The translations under genes were made by a program, and so were the position numbers. A stretch of DNA of 64,000 nucleotides from an uncultured bacterium (lineage in GTDB: Bacteria > Acidobacteriota > HRBIN11 > JAKEFK01). The stretch lies in assembly GCA_963777505.1 (NCBI GenBank), contig CAVZQN010000001.1, positions 288,001-352,000 on the forward strand, in the 5' to 3' direction. The notes below the pieces were generated by a model. The model made no database searches and had not been told where the DNA came from. It was given only the letters and a program-made list of their open reading frames with translations. This document shows positions 12,028-22,660 of this stretch, piece by piece (position 1 is the stretch's first letter; each line of letters opens with the position of its first letter).

Positions 12028-13900
12028 TCAAGGTGTCTTCTTTCCACCACCAGAGTTTTTCCAAGCATGTCGTGTAGTACCTTGGACATTCGTACGCACC
12101 ACTTCCACTGTGTTCTCCGAGCCCCTGGTGGTTCTAATTACCTCCATAGCTTCTTCCGCAGACATTCCCGCGTCCTGAAATTCTTTAATAGCTTTCTGTT
12201 CTGCTACCGTGAGCTCGCCGGCGGTTGCATTAGGCTTCACATGTACAGATGTTCCACTGCCTTGTCTCCAGGAGGTATTGTGGGTTTTTACACCAGTCTT
12301 GTCTGTTCCTGATGCAATCCGTTTTTCACCCGAGCGGACAACAGTTCCAGTTTCAGCTTTCATTACTTCTTTTTCAGCCGTGCGAGTTGCGGCTCCCGTT
12401 TCAGTTTTCGTTACTTGTCGTTCAGCGGATCTAACAATCGCGCCGGTTTCGGCTTTAGTTATTGATGCTGTCTCCTTTGCCAAGAATTCTTCGCCGAATT
12501 GCAAGGCCTTTTTTCCCAGGAATTTTGATCCCGCGTATGCAAGAGACGCATAGTCAACGGGACCGTCAGTTGGGATCGCCTGTCCCGCACCGCGCGACCA
12601 TCGCTCCTTAAGCACGTTTCCATTCCTATCGTAATATGTTGTTTCAATGCCCCTTTGCACTTTATAGGCTTGAACTTCATTAGGGCCTTTCTTGCCGGAA
12701 GAGTCTACTTCCAAAATGGGACTCAAGTTCGTGATTGGATCCTTATCACCCTTCTGTTTGATATCCCATTCCGAAACCATTCCGTTTTCAAACGGAGTAA
12801 GCTCTTTGCCAAGATTGAGTTCCTTTAGCCGATCCTGCAGTCCAGACTGAGTCGCTGTGCGGGATTGAGTTGGGTGGAAATTCCGCGATTGGATATCTTT
12901 TAGGCCCAGATTATCGGCGTGTTCACGGGTCTTCGTTTGGTTGGTTTTTCCGGGATTAATAGTTTCGACTACGAACAATTCCCCACGTACCATATCCTGT
13001 GAGTACTGTCTTCGATCGAGCTTTTCTATCTTTTGTTGTCGGCTTTCAGGTTCGATAGTGTTTCCATTACGGTCGTAATATTTTGTCTCAAGACCCCTTT
13101 GCACTTTGTATGCTTCAGTGGGTCCTTTTGTTCCTGTCGAATCCAATCCAATAATGGGACTTACAGCCGTAATGCCTCCTTCTTTCATTTGTGGGTCCCA
13201 TTTTGAAACCAATCCTTTTTCAAAAGCAGTGAGATCTTTCCGTTGATTGAGTTCTTGGAGACGATCCTTCAAACCTGATTGAGTTGATGTGCGGTGTTGT
13301 TCCTGGTGATATTTCCTCGAAGCCACATCGCCCCTACTCCGATCTTCAACACGTTCAATGGTTTTGGTTTTGTCCGTGTTTCCTGGAGTAATCTTTTCAG
13401 CTACGAACAATTCACCCCGAACCATATCCTGTGGATATTGATTTTTGTGTAGTTTCTCCACTTGTTTCTGGCGAACGCCATCCGCACCGTTTTCGGCGAT
13501 TGCTTCTGCCGTAGCTTTGGCAGCAGCGGGCAACTTTACTGCAACAACTTCCGCAGCATTTTTCATGCTTTCATAAACGGATCCTGAGTCGCGATTCGCG
13601 ACTTGTTTTTGCAGATTTTCCTTAACAATCTGAGCTTGTATGTTATTTTGGCTCATGTGTTCAGTCGCGTTTTGTTTTGAACCTTGAGCCGCTCTTGCAG
13701 TTGCCTTAAAGTCTTCTGGCTCTTTTTTTTGTTGTGCTGGCGTGCCTGATTTAGCTTCCTTTGCTTGTGTTTTTACGCCACTTGCATCTGACGATGATGT
13801 CGACTTCGCTACGTCTTTCGATTCATCTTTCTGAATTTCTGGTGGCGGCGCCTGCGGAACTGTGGGATCCGGGTTCAGCCTTTGTGATTTGTGGTGGCAT
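12028..13900 (-). CDS. Orphan ~620-aa hydrophilic protein with a duplicated ~145-aa domain; frameshift near its 5' end (~13880)
   Basis: GGAGG-aagt-ATG at 13900 gives MPPQITK, which joins the long 12028..13911 frame after a 1-nt shift; no Sec signal; internal repeats. Confidence 0.72.
12610..13470 (-). repeat. Tandem duplication of a ~145-aa domain inside the orphan gene
   Basis: QY(P/S)QDMVRGELFV...TQSGL(K/Q)DRL.ELN...AYKVQRG(L/I)ET.YYDRNGN occurs twice. Confidence 0.9.
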
Positions 13901-13942
13901 ACTTCCTCCAAAATATTTGCATTGCTACTTTCAAAAACCGCT

Positions 13943-13979
13943 TACAAGTCGGCAAGACATTTTTGAAAGAAATATTTCA
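13943..13979 (-). promoter_or_regulatory. Putative ECF-sigma promoter A
   Basis: Minus strand TGAAAT-atttctttcaaaaat(15)-GTCTTG-ccgacttgta, about 45 nt upstream of ATG 13900. Confidence 0.7.
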
Positions 13980-13992
13980 TTCATTGTTGCGT

Positions 13993-14568
13993 TCATTGCT
14001 TTTGTCTTTCAATTTCTTCCATTTTCCGCTCAATTTTGAGCTGTTTATTTCTTATCGTTTCGTCGTCAAGAGTCTTTTGTGCCTTTTGCTGGTCCATGAC
14101 TTTCTCGAGTTCTTGCTGCTTTGAAGTGCCTTGCATATTCAATTCAAGATTCTTTTGAGCCTTTTGTTTTGCATCATCAATCGTGTATTTCCTGATGTGA
14201 TCGTCTTTGTGGTCAGGGTTAAGTGTTTTTAGCAATTGTTCTCTGCTTCCTGTGGAAAGGCGGTAATGAAATGCTTCTGCAGTTTTGGTACTGTCGGTTT
14301 GCAACATCTCATACATGTATTTTTTATTCTCAGGAGAGAGACCCTGAAACTGTTTTTGCAGTGAATCGACTCGAGCCCGTGCTGCTTTCCAATCTCCCTT
14401 TTGAACGGGTTGATTCAAAGTTTTGTGCAGATTGTTCACTTCCATATTTTGCTCATTCGTAATCTTCACTTCTCCTGGCGTAAGCTCTTTGCCATCATCC
14501 ATTCTTTGCTGATTCCAATAAGGGTCGGTTGTCGGTAAATTTGGGGAAGGATGTACTTTCGGTGCCAT
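13993..14568 (-). CDS. Orphan 191-aa helical, charged protein
   Basis: GGAGG RBS before ATG 14568 (MAPKVHPSP); C-terminal coiled-coil-like Q/K/E-rich helix; no signal peptide. Confidence 0.72.
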   Translation of the reverse strand: MAPKVHPSPNLPTTDPYWNQQRMDDGKELTPGEVKITNEQNMEVNNLHKTLNQPVQKGDWKAARARVDSLQKQFQGLSPENKKYMYEMLQTDSTKTAEAFHYRLSTGSREQLLKTLNPDHKDDHIRKYTIDDAKQKAQKNLELNMQGTSKQQELEKVMDQQKAQKTLDDETIRNKQLKIERKMEEIERQKQ

Positions 14569-14616
14569 ACTTCTAAACCTCCAAAAAATTTTCTTTTTGA
14601 GCGCTGTATCGCCCCA

Positions 14617-14653
14617 TACAAGTCGACAAGACATTTTTGGCAGAAGTATTTCA
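14617..14653 (-). promoter_or_regulatory. Putative ECF-sigma promoter B
   Basis: Minus strand TGAAAT-acttctgccaaaaat(15)-GTCTTG-tcgacttgta; near-copy of promoter A. Confidence 0.7.
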
Positions 14654-14678
14654 GGTAGGAGTTACTTTTTTTGAAGAT

Positions 14679-17600
14679 TTAGAGAGGCAACCACTGGCCG
14701 GATTCAATGAAACTGGCCCAAAAGAAGGGATGAGCGGTGCGGGAGTTTTTCATCATTTTCAACTTCACAGTGCGTAAAGCTTCAGCGCGTCCCAAACCTT
14801 GTTTAAGGTTCTTGTAGTAATTGGTCATAATTTCGCGAGTTGTGTAATCACTGACAGACCACAAGCTCATCACAAGCGATTCAGTCCCAGAAAGAAAAAA
14901 CGCACGCCGTAATCCGTATACACCTTCACCATTTTGAACTTGACCAAGACCTGTATCACAGGCGGATAATGTGACGAGTTTTGTTCCCCAAAGATTTAAT
15001 CCTGAAGCTTCCAATGCTGTAAGAATTCCGTCATCACTTCCACTTTGACGCGTGTTTGCTCCCGCAAAAGCAAGACCTGAGCGCAATAATGGATTTTGAA
15101 TCACAGCATTTGAACTGTTAAGCGCTGGTACATCCGTTAAGAAGAATCCATGAGTTGCAATATGCAAGATTTGCGGAGCAACAACCTGCTTTAATTTGGT
15201 TTCGGTTGCGTTCTTTCCCGTAAAAACATTCAGCTTCAGTGAAAAATGTTTTGATCGCTTGCGCTTCTTCACCCGTACCAGCTAATGGAGCAAAGTATAC
15301 ATTCGAAAGATCAGAAGCTGTGGTTACGCTCCTGCGATTTTTGTTCATTGCGATCTGTGCTGAATCCGAAATTTTTGGGTTCATGAGAGCGCGTGGGCCA
15401 AACATGGGATTTGCTAGCACAACAGGCTTACTTTTTGTTTGTCGTTCAAACTGAAGCCGCAAAAGATCTCGGCCGCTTGTCAAATACGAACATAAAAAGC
15501 TTTCGATTAGATAATGATCCTTTTCATCAACAAGTACTTCAAATGGAAAAAGATTCAGCTTGCCATCAGGTGATATCAGGAGGTGCTCATGCTTTTCAAG
15601 ATAGGGAAGAATTGGCTGAATTATTTTTTCATGAACGATCCTCCCGAATTGTTTCACGTCTTTGCGTGAAGGATCACCCAAACTTTGTCGCAATTTATCA
15701 ATCGATAAATCCACTTCATTGGCTTTACCTAAATCCTTTGAATGTATCTGTCCCTGATTAGGAATGACATAAGCAACATAACGCAAATCGTCTCCATCTT
15801 TGGAGTGATAAAGCGCAAACTCGATTAACACGGATCCGTTTGGAATTGCTTTGCGAATAGAGTCGAGTGTTATCGGCTGTTTCTGTGAAGAAAATTCTGC
15901 GTTGCGTCTGCTGATCTGATCTTGAAGCTTTTCAATTTTTTCTTCCAACTCGCGGCTTTCAGCTGTTGTTGAAAGTTCCGACGCATACAGTATCCGTTGA
16001 GCTAACTCAGAAGCCGATGCATTTATCTCATCCAACAGATTTTGATCATTCGGATCAGAATGGCTCCGCAATGATGAAAATGTATCAGCCATAGAATCAA
16101 GAACTCGGCCTTTGAACCGCATTATTACTGTTGCAGCAAGATCAGCGGCCTTCGAATCTTCGGGTGCGCTGTTCATATGGAGTGTAATATTTCTGCTCAT
16201 GTTTGTAGCAGTGGCGATAAGAGAACTTAGCTTTTGGCGTTCGGAACCGGCCGCGATAGCAAGTGCCAGATGATGTTCGACTACTTCATTCGCGCGGGAT
16301 TGATACTCAATTGCTTGCGCAATGTCATTCCTTCTGATGTAAACATCAGCGAGACCATTGAGCGGCTCAAGTAAAGTTGGCGATTCAGCACCCTCAGATT
16401 TTTCGGTGACCATAATCGAGCGACGGAACAATGGTTCTGCGGCATCGAATTCACTTTTTAAAACAGCAATTTGTCCGAGTACATTCAGCGCTTCAGAAAC
16501 GTGCGAATGATATGGGCCATGCATCTTTTCGTAAATCGAAAGAGCACGCCGGCTTACTTGCTCCGCAGAAGAATAATCCTTGAGCCCAATATAGGATGTA
16601 GCAAGTCTGGTAAGTACATCACCAAGTTGGGATGTATCATTTTTCCAGATTGTCTCCACAATTGATAGCGATCGCTTTAAGTATAATTCAGCGGCTGCAA
16701 AATCTCCCTTGGAATTGTTAATTTCACCGAGACTTACCAGAGCGTGCGCAATTCGCATCGGATTCGGTTTCGATGCCTTTTCACGTTTTTCCAGGATCTC
16801 TTTGTACATTTCTTCGCTATGCTGATAATCTCCCCTGGAAAGATATATGTTTGCAAGATTCGATTGTGCAACAAGAATTCCATTTTCATCATTCAATTTT
16901 TTAGCGATCTCCAAAGCGCGTTGATAATATGTTTCCGCTTCTTCGTATTCTCCCCGCCAGTAATGCATTCTTGCAATGTAATAAAGAACTTTCGAAGCCG
17001 GAATGCTATCTTTTCCTTTGGCATTTTCCACAGACACCAATTCGCGATGATAAAACTGCAGCGCAGTATTGAAGTCGCCAATGCTATCATGCAAATAACC
17101 GATACTGTGAAGCGCTTTTGCAAATTGCGGATCATCATTGGCAATTGAATTTTCCAGGATAGAAAGAGCGCGATTCAGCATTTCCTTGGACTCTGCGAAT
17201 TTTTGAGAATCAAGAAGATAGTTGCCGTAATCCATAAATGCATAGCCGGTAAGAAAGTGATTGCGATCAAGAGTCTTTTCTCGAATCATTACGGCCCGAG
17301 ATGCAAATGATTCTGTTTTAGACTGATTTTCAGTTTGACTATAGAAGCGCGCAAGATCACTGCACGATTCAGCAACGGCGGGGGATTCAGCACCAAATAA
17401 TTTTTCTCTGATTTCCAGTGCTTCAAGATAGAGCGGTTCGGCTTGTTCGTATTCTTCTTTACTGGTGTGAATATTTGCAAGTGTGTTCAGGGCCCGTGCA
17501 TAATCTGAATTTTCCTTGCCCCAAGTTTCTTCGAAAACACGCCTGCTTTCCTCAGCAATCGGAAGGGCATCATCATAATTTTCTTCCTCAGCCATCCGTG

Positions 17601-18024
17601 AAGATTGATAGAGATTCTGACGTGCTTTGAATATTAAACGATCATCGGAAGCAGCCGTACGGATTTTTTGTAGATAAATTGCATATTGCCCCTGCGCATT
17701 TTTTAAAGTAGGTTGTATCTCAATCCGATATTGGCCGGATTGATCAGCAAAAAAAGCCAACTGCTCTCGACCTTGATTTCTATTCTCTTGATCAAAAACC
17801 AAAATTTGTTTTCCATCGACGCCGTTTAATTTGATTACCACATCAACATTCATTTGTTCCACAACAACACATGCAAAATCACCTTCAGCAAGATTGATTT
17901 CAAACGATTGAGTTGTATTGCCGGAAATTTTGTTAGAAACGGTCTTTTCTGGTTCAAGTGGCGAGCTTTGAGCATTGAGCGATGATGAGAACAACACCAG
18001 AATCAATAAGAGGTATGCAAACAT
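14679..18024 (-). CDS. Exported TPR-CHAT (caspase-like) protease, ~1114 aa; frameshift near 15231
   Basis: Signal peptide MFAYLLLILVLFSSSLNA; PPC-like beta domain; many kinesin-light-chain-type TPRs; CHAT motifs LLISPDG.LNLFPFE, ILHIATHG (His), LSACDTG (Cys), MSLWSV, HPFFWASF. Confidence 0.88.
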
Positions 18025-18037
18025 CGACGGTCCAGAA

Positions 18038-18967
18038 TTATTGAATTAAGACATGAAAAGGATAACCGCTGATGATTTCCTTATTCCCTCGTTCAGTGAT
18101 GCCAAGAACTTCCAAGACATAATCCTCCGACTTCAAAATCTTTGCAGGGAATTTCACTTCAACGGTGTGATTAATGCTTTGCTCTGCTTTGCTCTGCAAT
18201 AAAATTTCAGCCGTAGCCGAATTTTTCAAAACAGTTTTGTACATTGGAAAATCATCGCTTTCGAGTTTCAATGTGACTACAAGGAACTCAGTCGCTGCCG
18301 GAATTTTAATCTCCGGGACCGTGGAGATCTCTCTTTGCTGAGGCGAAAGCGTAAATGCAAATAGCTTCACTGGCGCGGAACCCTGATCTGCCATTTGCTT
18401 CTCCAGTGCTTCAAGTTTTTGTTTGGTGATAGCAAGTTCTGTTTCTTTTTGTCGATCCAGAGAATTACGTTGAGTAAGATCTCGCTGCAATTGTTCTTCG
18501 CGCTTTTTCAAGGCAGCGTGCTCTTCTTTCATCTGCGCAATTTGATCTTGCAATTGAAGGTTGCTTAGCAGCAGAAATCCAGCAAGGACGAGCATTCCAA
18601 TAGCCGCTGCGATCGCGATCCACTGGTATCTCCGTGAAGGTGCATATCGCTCCGAGCGGACCCACTCTCTCAGCTGAGCAGAACTGTCGGCATTGTCAGC
18701 ACGTCTGAGGATTGTCCGCGCAACCGCAACCTTTTCAAGTCGTGTGGCAGAAGTGAGATAGTGGGATTCAAACTGAGCCCGCCTATTTTCCGGAAGCTCA
18801 CCTCTGATGTAATCATCTATAAGTTCGCTTTCAACTGCTTCCAGAAATTCGGCAAACTCATCATCGGTCACACTTAATTGATCAAGCCGACTGGCTTCAG
18901 TTTCCGGCAAATCGCCGAGAAGATAATCTACGATCAATTGTTCGTTCAATGAAGAGTCAGGCAACAC
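18038..18967 (-). CDS. Putative transmembrane anti-sigma factor
   Basis: Directly downstream of the ECF sigma; N-terminal LIVDYLLGDL / LIDDYIRGEL anti-sigma-like helices, single TM (WIAIAAAIGMLVLAGFLLL), coiled coil, C-terminal beta domain. Confidence 0.75.
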   Translation of the reverse strand: MLPDSSLNEQLIVDYLLGDLPETEASRLDQLSVTDDEFAEFLEAVESELIDDYIRGELPENRRAQFESHYLTSATRLEKVAVARTILRRADNADSSAQLREWVRSERYAPSRRYQWIAIAAAIGMLVLAGFLLLSNLQLQDQIAQMKEEHAALKKREEQLQRDLTQRNSLDRQKETELAITKQKLEALEKQMADQGSAPVKLFAFTLSPQQREISTVPEIKIPAATEFLVVTLKLESDDFPMYKTVLKNSATAEILLQSKAEQSINHTVEVKFPAKILKSEDYVLEVLGITERGNKEIISGYPFHVLIQ

Positions 18968-18980
18968 TCTACCTCAATAA

Positions 18981-19009
18981 TACAAGACAAAATTTTGAGA
19001 TTTGTTTCA
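18981..19009 (-). promoter_or_regulatory. Putative ECF-sigma promoter C driving the anti-sigma and CHAT genes
   Basis: Minus strand TGAAAC-aaatctcaaaatttt(15)-GTCTTGTA, overlapping the sigma stop codon. Confidence 0.65.
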
Positions 19010-19606
19010 CTTATCATTGTTTAAACATTTCCGGATGCATGATTCGAGCTTAATTCGAATGCGACAAGCTCGAATGGTGAGGGCGTTCATCGAAACACCT
19101 AATTTAGCCGCAATTAATTTGCGATTTTCGATCCGCACACGGCGTTCGCCTTGATAGTACCCAAGGATTACAATCCGCTCTTCCGGATCCAGGGTTTGCA
19201 AACATTTATCCAGGCAATTTGAGCGCTGCTGCTCCCATTCTCCTTCTTCCTGAAATTGCGGAGAACTAGCTAGATCTTGATGAAGAGGTTCGTTATGCTC
19301 GCGTTGTCGCAGAGATTCTAAAAAAACATAACGGGCAGTATTGAAACAGAATTGGGAAGGGGTGCTTCCGGTAATTTCTCCTTCTTCTTCCAATCTTCGC
19401 GCTACGCGATTCAAAGTCTCATCGGCTAATTCTTGAGGAAAAGAACAATTCTTTCGATCGAAATATTGAACCAGACGACGACGTATAACAACATAACGCT
19501 GACCACCAGATTCAAGGCTCTCATCAAGCCAACCTATTAAGCGCTGGAATGCACTTTGGGTCAGCACAAATCTTGTTTTTCTGTCCGGCTTTGGGAGATT
19601 CGCCAT
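19007..19606 (-). CDS. ECF-type sigma-70 family sigma factor
   Basis: Region 2-like PQELADETLNRVARR; region 4-like CLQTLDPEERIVILGYY...IAAKLGVSMNALTIRACRIR; about 200 aa. Confidence 0.82.
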   Translation of the reverse strand: MANLPKPDRKTRFVLTQSAFQRLIGWLDESLESGGQRYVVIRRRLVQYFDRKNCSFPQELADETLNRVARRLEEEGEITGSTPSQFCFNTARYVFLESLRQREHNEPLHQDLASSPQFQEEGEWEQQRSNCLDKCLQTLDPEERIVILGYYQGERRVRIENRKLIAAKLGVSMNALTIRACRIRIKLESCIRKCLNNDK

Positions 19607-19718
19607 GTTTGTTATCAAGACGATCGTGTTACCGATTTTCTAATATTTTGATTGTATTGCCAATGCTTGGCGGATGAAACCAGCGGGTTTATTTAGGTCT
19701 CAACACGTGTGATAGAGT

Positions 19719-22450
19719 ATGGACACAATGCCGTTAGCTGCAGGCCAAAAGCTTGGTCCGTACGAAATCAGTGCTCCTCTCGGAGCCGGTGGAATGGGTG
19801 AGGTGTATCGAGCGAAAGATACACGTCTGGGTCGTGAAGTCGCGATCAAAATTCTAACCGACGAATTCTCTTTGAAGCAAAACCGGATGGAGCGATTTGA
19901 ACAGGAAGCCCGGGCAGCTTCAGCCTTGAACCATCCGAACATCATCACAGTCCATGATATCGGTGTTCATAATGGCGGATCCTATATTGCAATGGAACTG
20001 ATTGATGGCAAAAGCTTGCGCGAAATGCTGCAAGCCGGCGCATTGCCGATCAAACGAGCTGTAAGCATCGCAGCTCAGATTGCCGATGGACTTGCCAAAG
20101 CGCATGAAGCAGGAATTGTTCATCGCGATTTGAAACCTGAAAATATCATGATTTCCAAAGATGGTTTTGCCAAAATTCTCGATTTTGGTTTGGCGAAATC
20201 CATTGCTCCGGCTGTAGCGGACGGCTCTCTGCTTTCAACTATGGCTAAAACCGGAGAAGGTACGATTCTGGGCACAGTCGGTTATATGTCCCCCGAACAG
20301 GCGTGCGGCAAAATTGTTGATTTCCGATCTGACCAATTTTCATTTGGATCCATTTTGTATGAAATGCTTTCAGGAAAACGTGCATTTGCCCGCGATACAA
20401 ACGTCCAAAGTATGTCGGCAATTATTCAGGATGAACCCGAGCCTCTTCAAACCCTGAATCCGCAAACTCCGGCGCCGCTCCGGTGGATCATCGATCGGTG
20501 TTTATCGAAGGATCCTGCAGAACGTTACGCTTCGACGCGCGATCTAGCGCGAGAACTTCAAAACATCAGGGATCATTTTTCGGATTTAACAAGCTCAACC
20601 GATGTGGTTTCACAACAGACACTTGCTCTACATCGTTCTCACGTTGCGCGATCCTGGCTGAAGTTTCTGCCATGGGCATTGTTGATTGCTGTCATTCTTT
20701 TGTTTGCCGGGTGGATTGCACGCCAGAGAAACAGTTCCGGTTCCAGCAGCAACTCGAAGGCTTGAAATATCAATACCAGGCGGTTACCAGCTCGCTCCGA
20801 ATGCGCCGCTCGCTATGGCTCCAAACGGAAGTGCAATTGTATTTGGATTGCTGGATCGTCAAATGCAAACAAAATTATGGCTGCGATATCTGGATAAATT
20901 TGATCTTCAAGCTCTTGCAGGAACTGATGGAGCAAGCTTTCCTTTTTGGTCACCTGATTCCAAATCGATTGCGTATTTTGTAGAAGGCAATTCCACATTA
21001 CGGCGGCTCGATCTTACAACCGGGCTTGCTCAAATCGTTTGTAAAACCCAAGGCTCGGCGCGCGGTGGTACCTGGGGACCTGATGGAACGATCCTTTTTA
21101 CTCCCGGAACGAACAATCCTTTACAAAGAGTTCCGGCAAAAGGTGGCATCCCTGAAGACTTTACGAAATTGGATCCGAAGATTGTCGATGGTTCGCACCG
21201 CTTTCCTGTTTTTCTTCCTGATGGACAACACTTTCTGTTTACGCTCTGGAGCAACCATCTTGAAACTGCATCAAAGATAGGAGGAATCTATATTGGTTCC
21301 CTGAAAAATAGTGAAATTCGCAAACTGAGTTCAGACTCTTCGCAAGCCATTTTAGCTGGAAACAACCGTCTTTTGATTTACCGAAACGAGGCTTTACAAG
21401 CAATTTCGATCGATCCTGAAAAATTGGAAGTCACAGGCGTTCTGGAAGAAATCACTCAACATCCGTTATTTCTTCCTGCTTCAGGCGCTCTGGGAGCTTC
21501 CGCATCAATCTGCTGGTGACATCGCGTATGCGCTTTCATCCGGTGAAGGAACTGCCCAACTTGCATGGGTTGAAGCAAACAGTGGTAATCAAAAAATCAT
21601 TCGTGATGATCGTCTTGGTATCCAGAATCTTGTCATTGCTCCTGATGGAAATCGATTCGCAGGGCAGTTTGTTGGCGCCGCTGGTGCTGAGATTTGGGTC
21701 GCAGATTCACAAAGACCAGTGATGACACGACTTACGCGAGGTGGATTAGACGCAACCGGACCTGTGTGGTCTCCTGACAGTCGTATGGTTGCATTTTCCA
21801 GCCAGGCTTCAGGTGCAGTAAGTGTATATCTTCAACCTGCTGATGGAAGCAACCAACCCGAACTATTTTATTCACAACCAGATCGTGACCTTCGTGTTTG
21901 TTCCTGGTCCGCCGATGGCCGTTCGTTGTTCCTGGAATCAAATGCCAAAGGAAAATCGGACAGCGCGGAAATTTGGATGATCGATGTAGCAACAAAAAAG
22001 GCGTCTTCAGTTTTATCCGATCCGACGGCAACTCTTCGCAGTCCGGTTCTTTCACCAGATGGTCACTGGCTCGCTTATTCTTCGAATGAATCAGGCCGTT
22101 ACCAACTTTATGTGCGTCCTTATCCAGCACTCGATCGCAAGTGGCAGATTTCGCAGAATGGCCTATTAACGCAATCAAACTTTTTTGCTCTGGTTGCAAC
22201 TACGTATCATCCCCACTGGCGTAACGATGGTCGCGAACTCCTTTATATTTCTCTGAATGGAACGGTCGATGCTGTTAGCATTGAAACTGAAGGCGGAAAT
22301 TTATCAGCTACAGAACTGAAAACACTCTTCAAACCCTCTTTTCCGTTGATCGCTATTGCTGCTTCGCCGGATCACACAAAATTTCTCGCAGCAATTGTGC
22401 CGGGCGATGTCACTTCCGAACCGATTCATGTTGTGCTTGGACCAAGATAA
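19719..22450 (+). CDS. Membrane Ser/Thr kinase with C-terminal TolB-like (PD40) beta-propeller; frameshifts near 20740 and 21508
   Basis: [33 protein letters not shown]; TM; WSPD/FLPDG/LSPDG propeller repeats continue across three frames. Confidence 0.88.
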
Positions 22451-22575
22451 AATATTCACATGTACGACATCGGCGAAGTCGATGTCGAATCGATAGGCGA
22501 GAATGTACCCGCAAACGTCTTCTGTTGCTGCCACGGAAGGTGGATGAAGCTCGTCGTTCGTGCTGAAACTGGGCT

Positions 22576-22629
22576 CTTCTCGTGTGATAACAGTATTGGC
22601 CACAATGCCTCTAGCTGCAGGCCAAAAGC
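22576..22629 (+). repeat. Third copy of the kinase 5' end (upstream sequence plus first codons)
   Basis: cttctcgtgtgataacagtattggccacaatgcctctagctgcaggccaaaagc matches 11598-11649 with two extra bases. Confidence 0.88.
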
Positions 22630-22660
22630 AAATTATGCATCAAGTGTTTAGGGAGAAACC

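Noticed and set aside
14679-19606. CRISPR-associated protease/sigma system (Craspase/CASP-like)
   Set aside because: No cas genes or repeat-spacer array; the CHAT protein has a signal peptide and the partner is a membrane protein
11598-20200. Kinase repeat pair as a DGR template/variable repeat
   Set aside because: Mismatches are not adenine-specific and are mostly synonymous; the repeat is at the 5' catalytic end; there is no reverse transcriptase in the window
21516-21722. Separate 68-aa ORF
   Set aside because: The real propeller sequence runs in the frame of 21719..22450 from about 21508
22451-22575. Small ORF 22460..22651 / possible further kinase remnant (NIHMYDIGEVD)
   Set aside because: The similarity is too short to support; the ORF runs into the repeat out of frame and looks like debris
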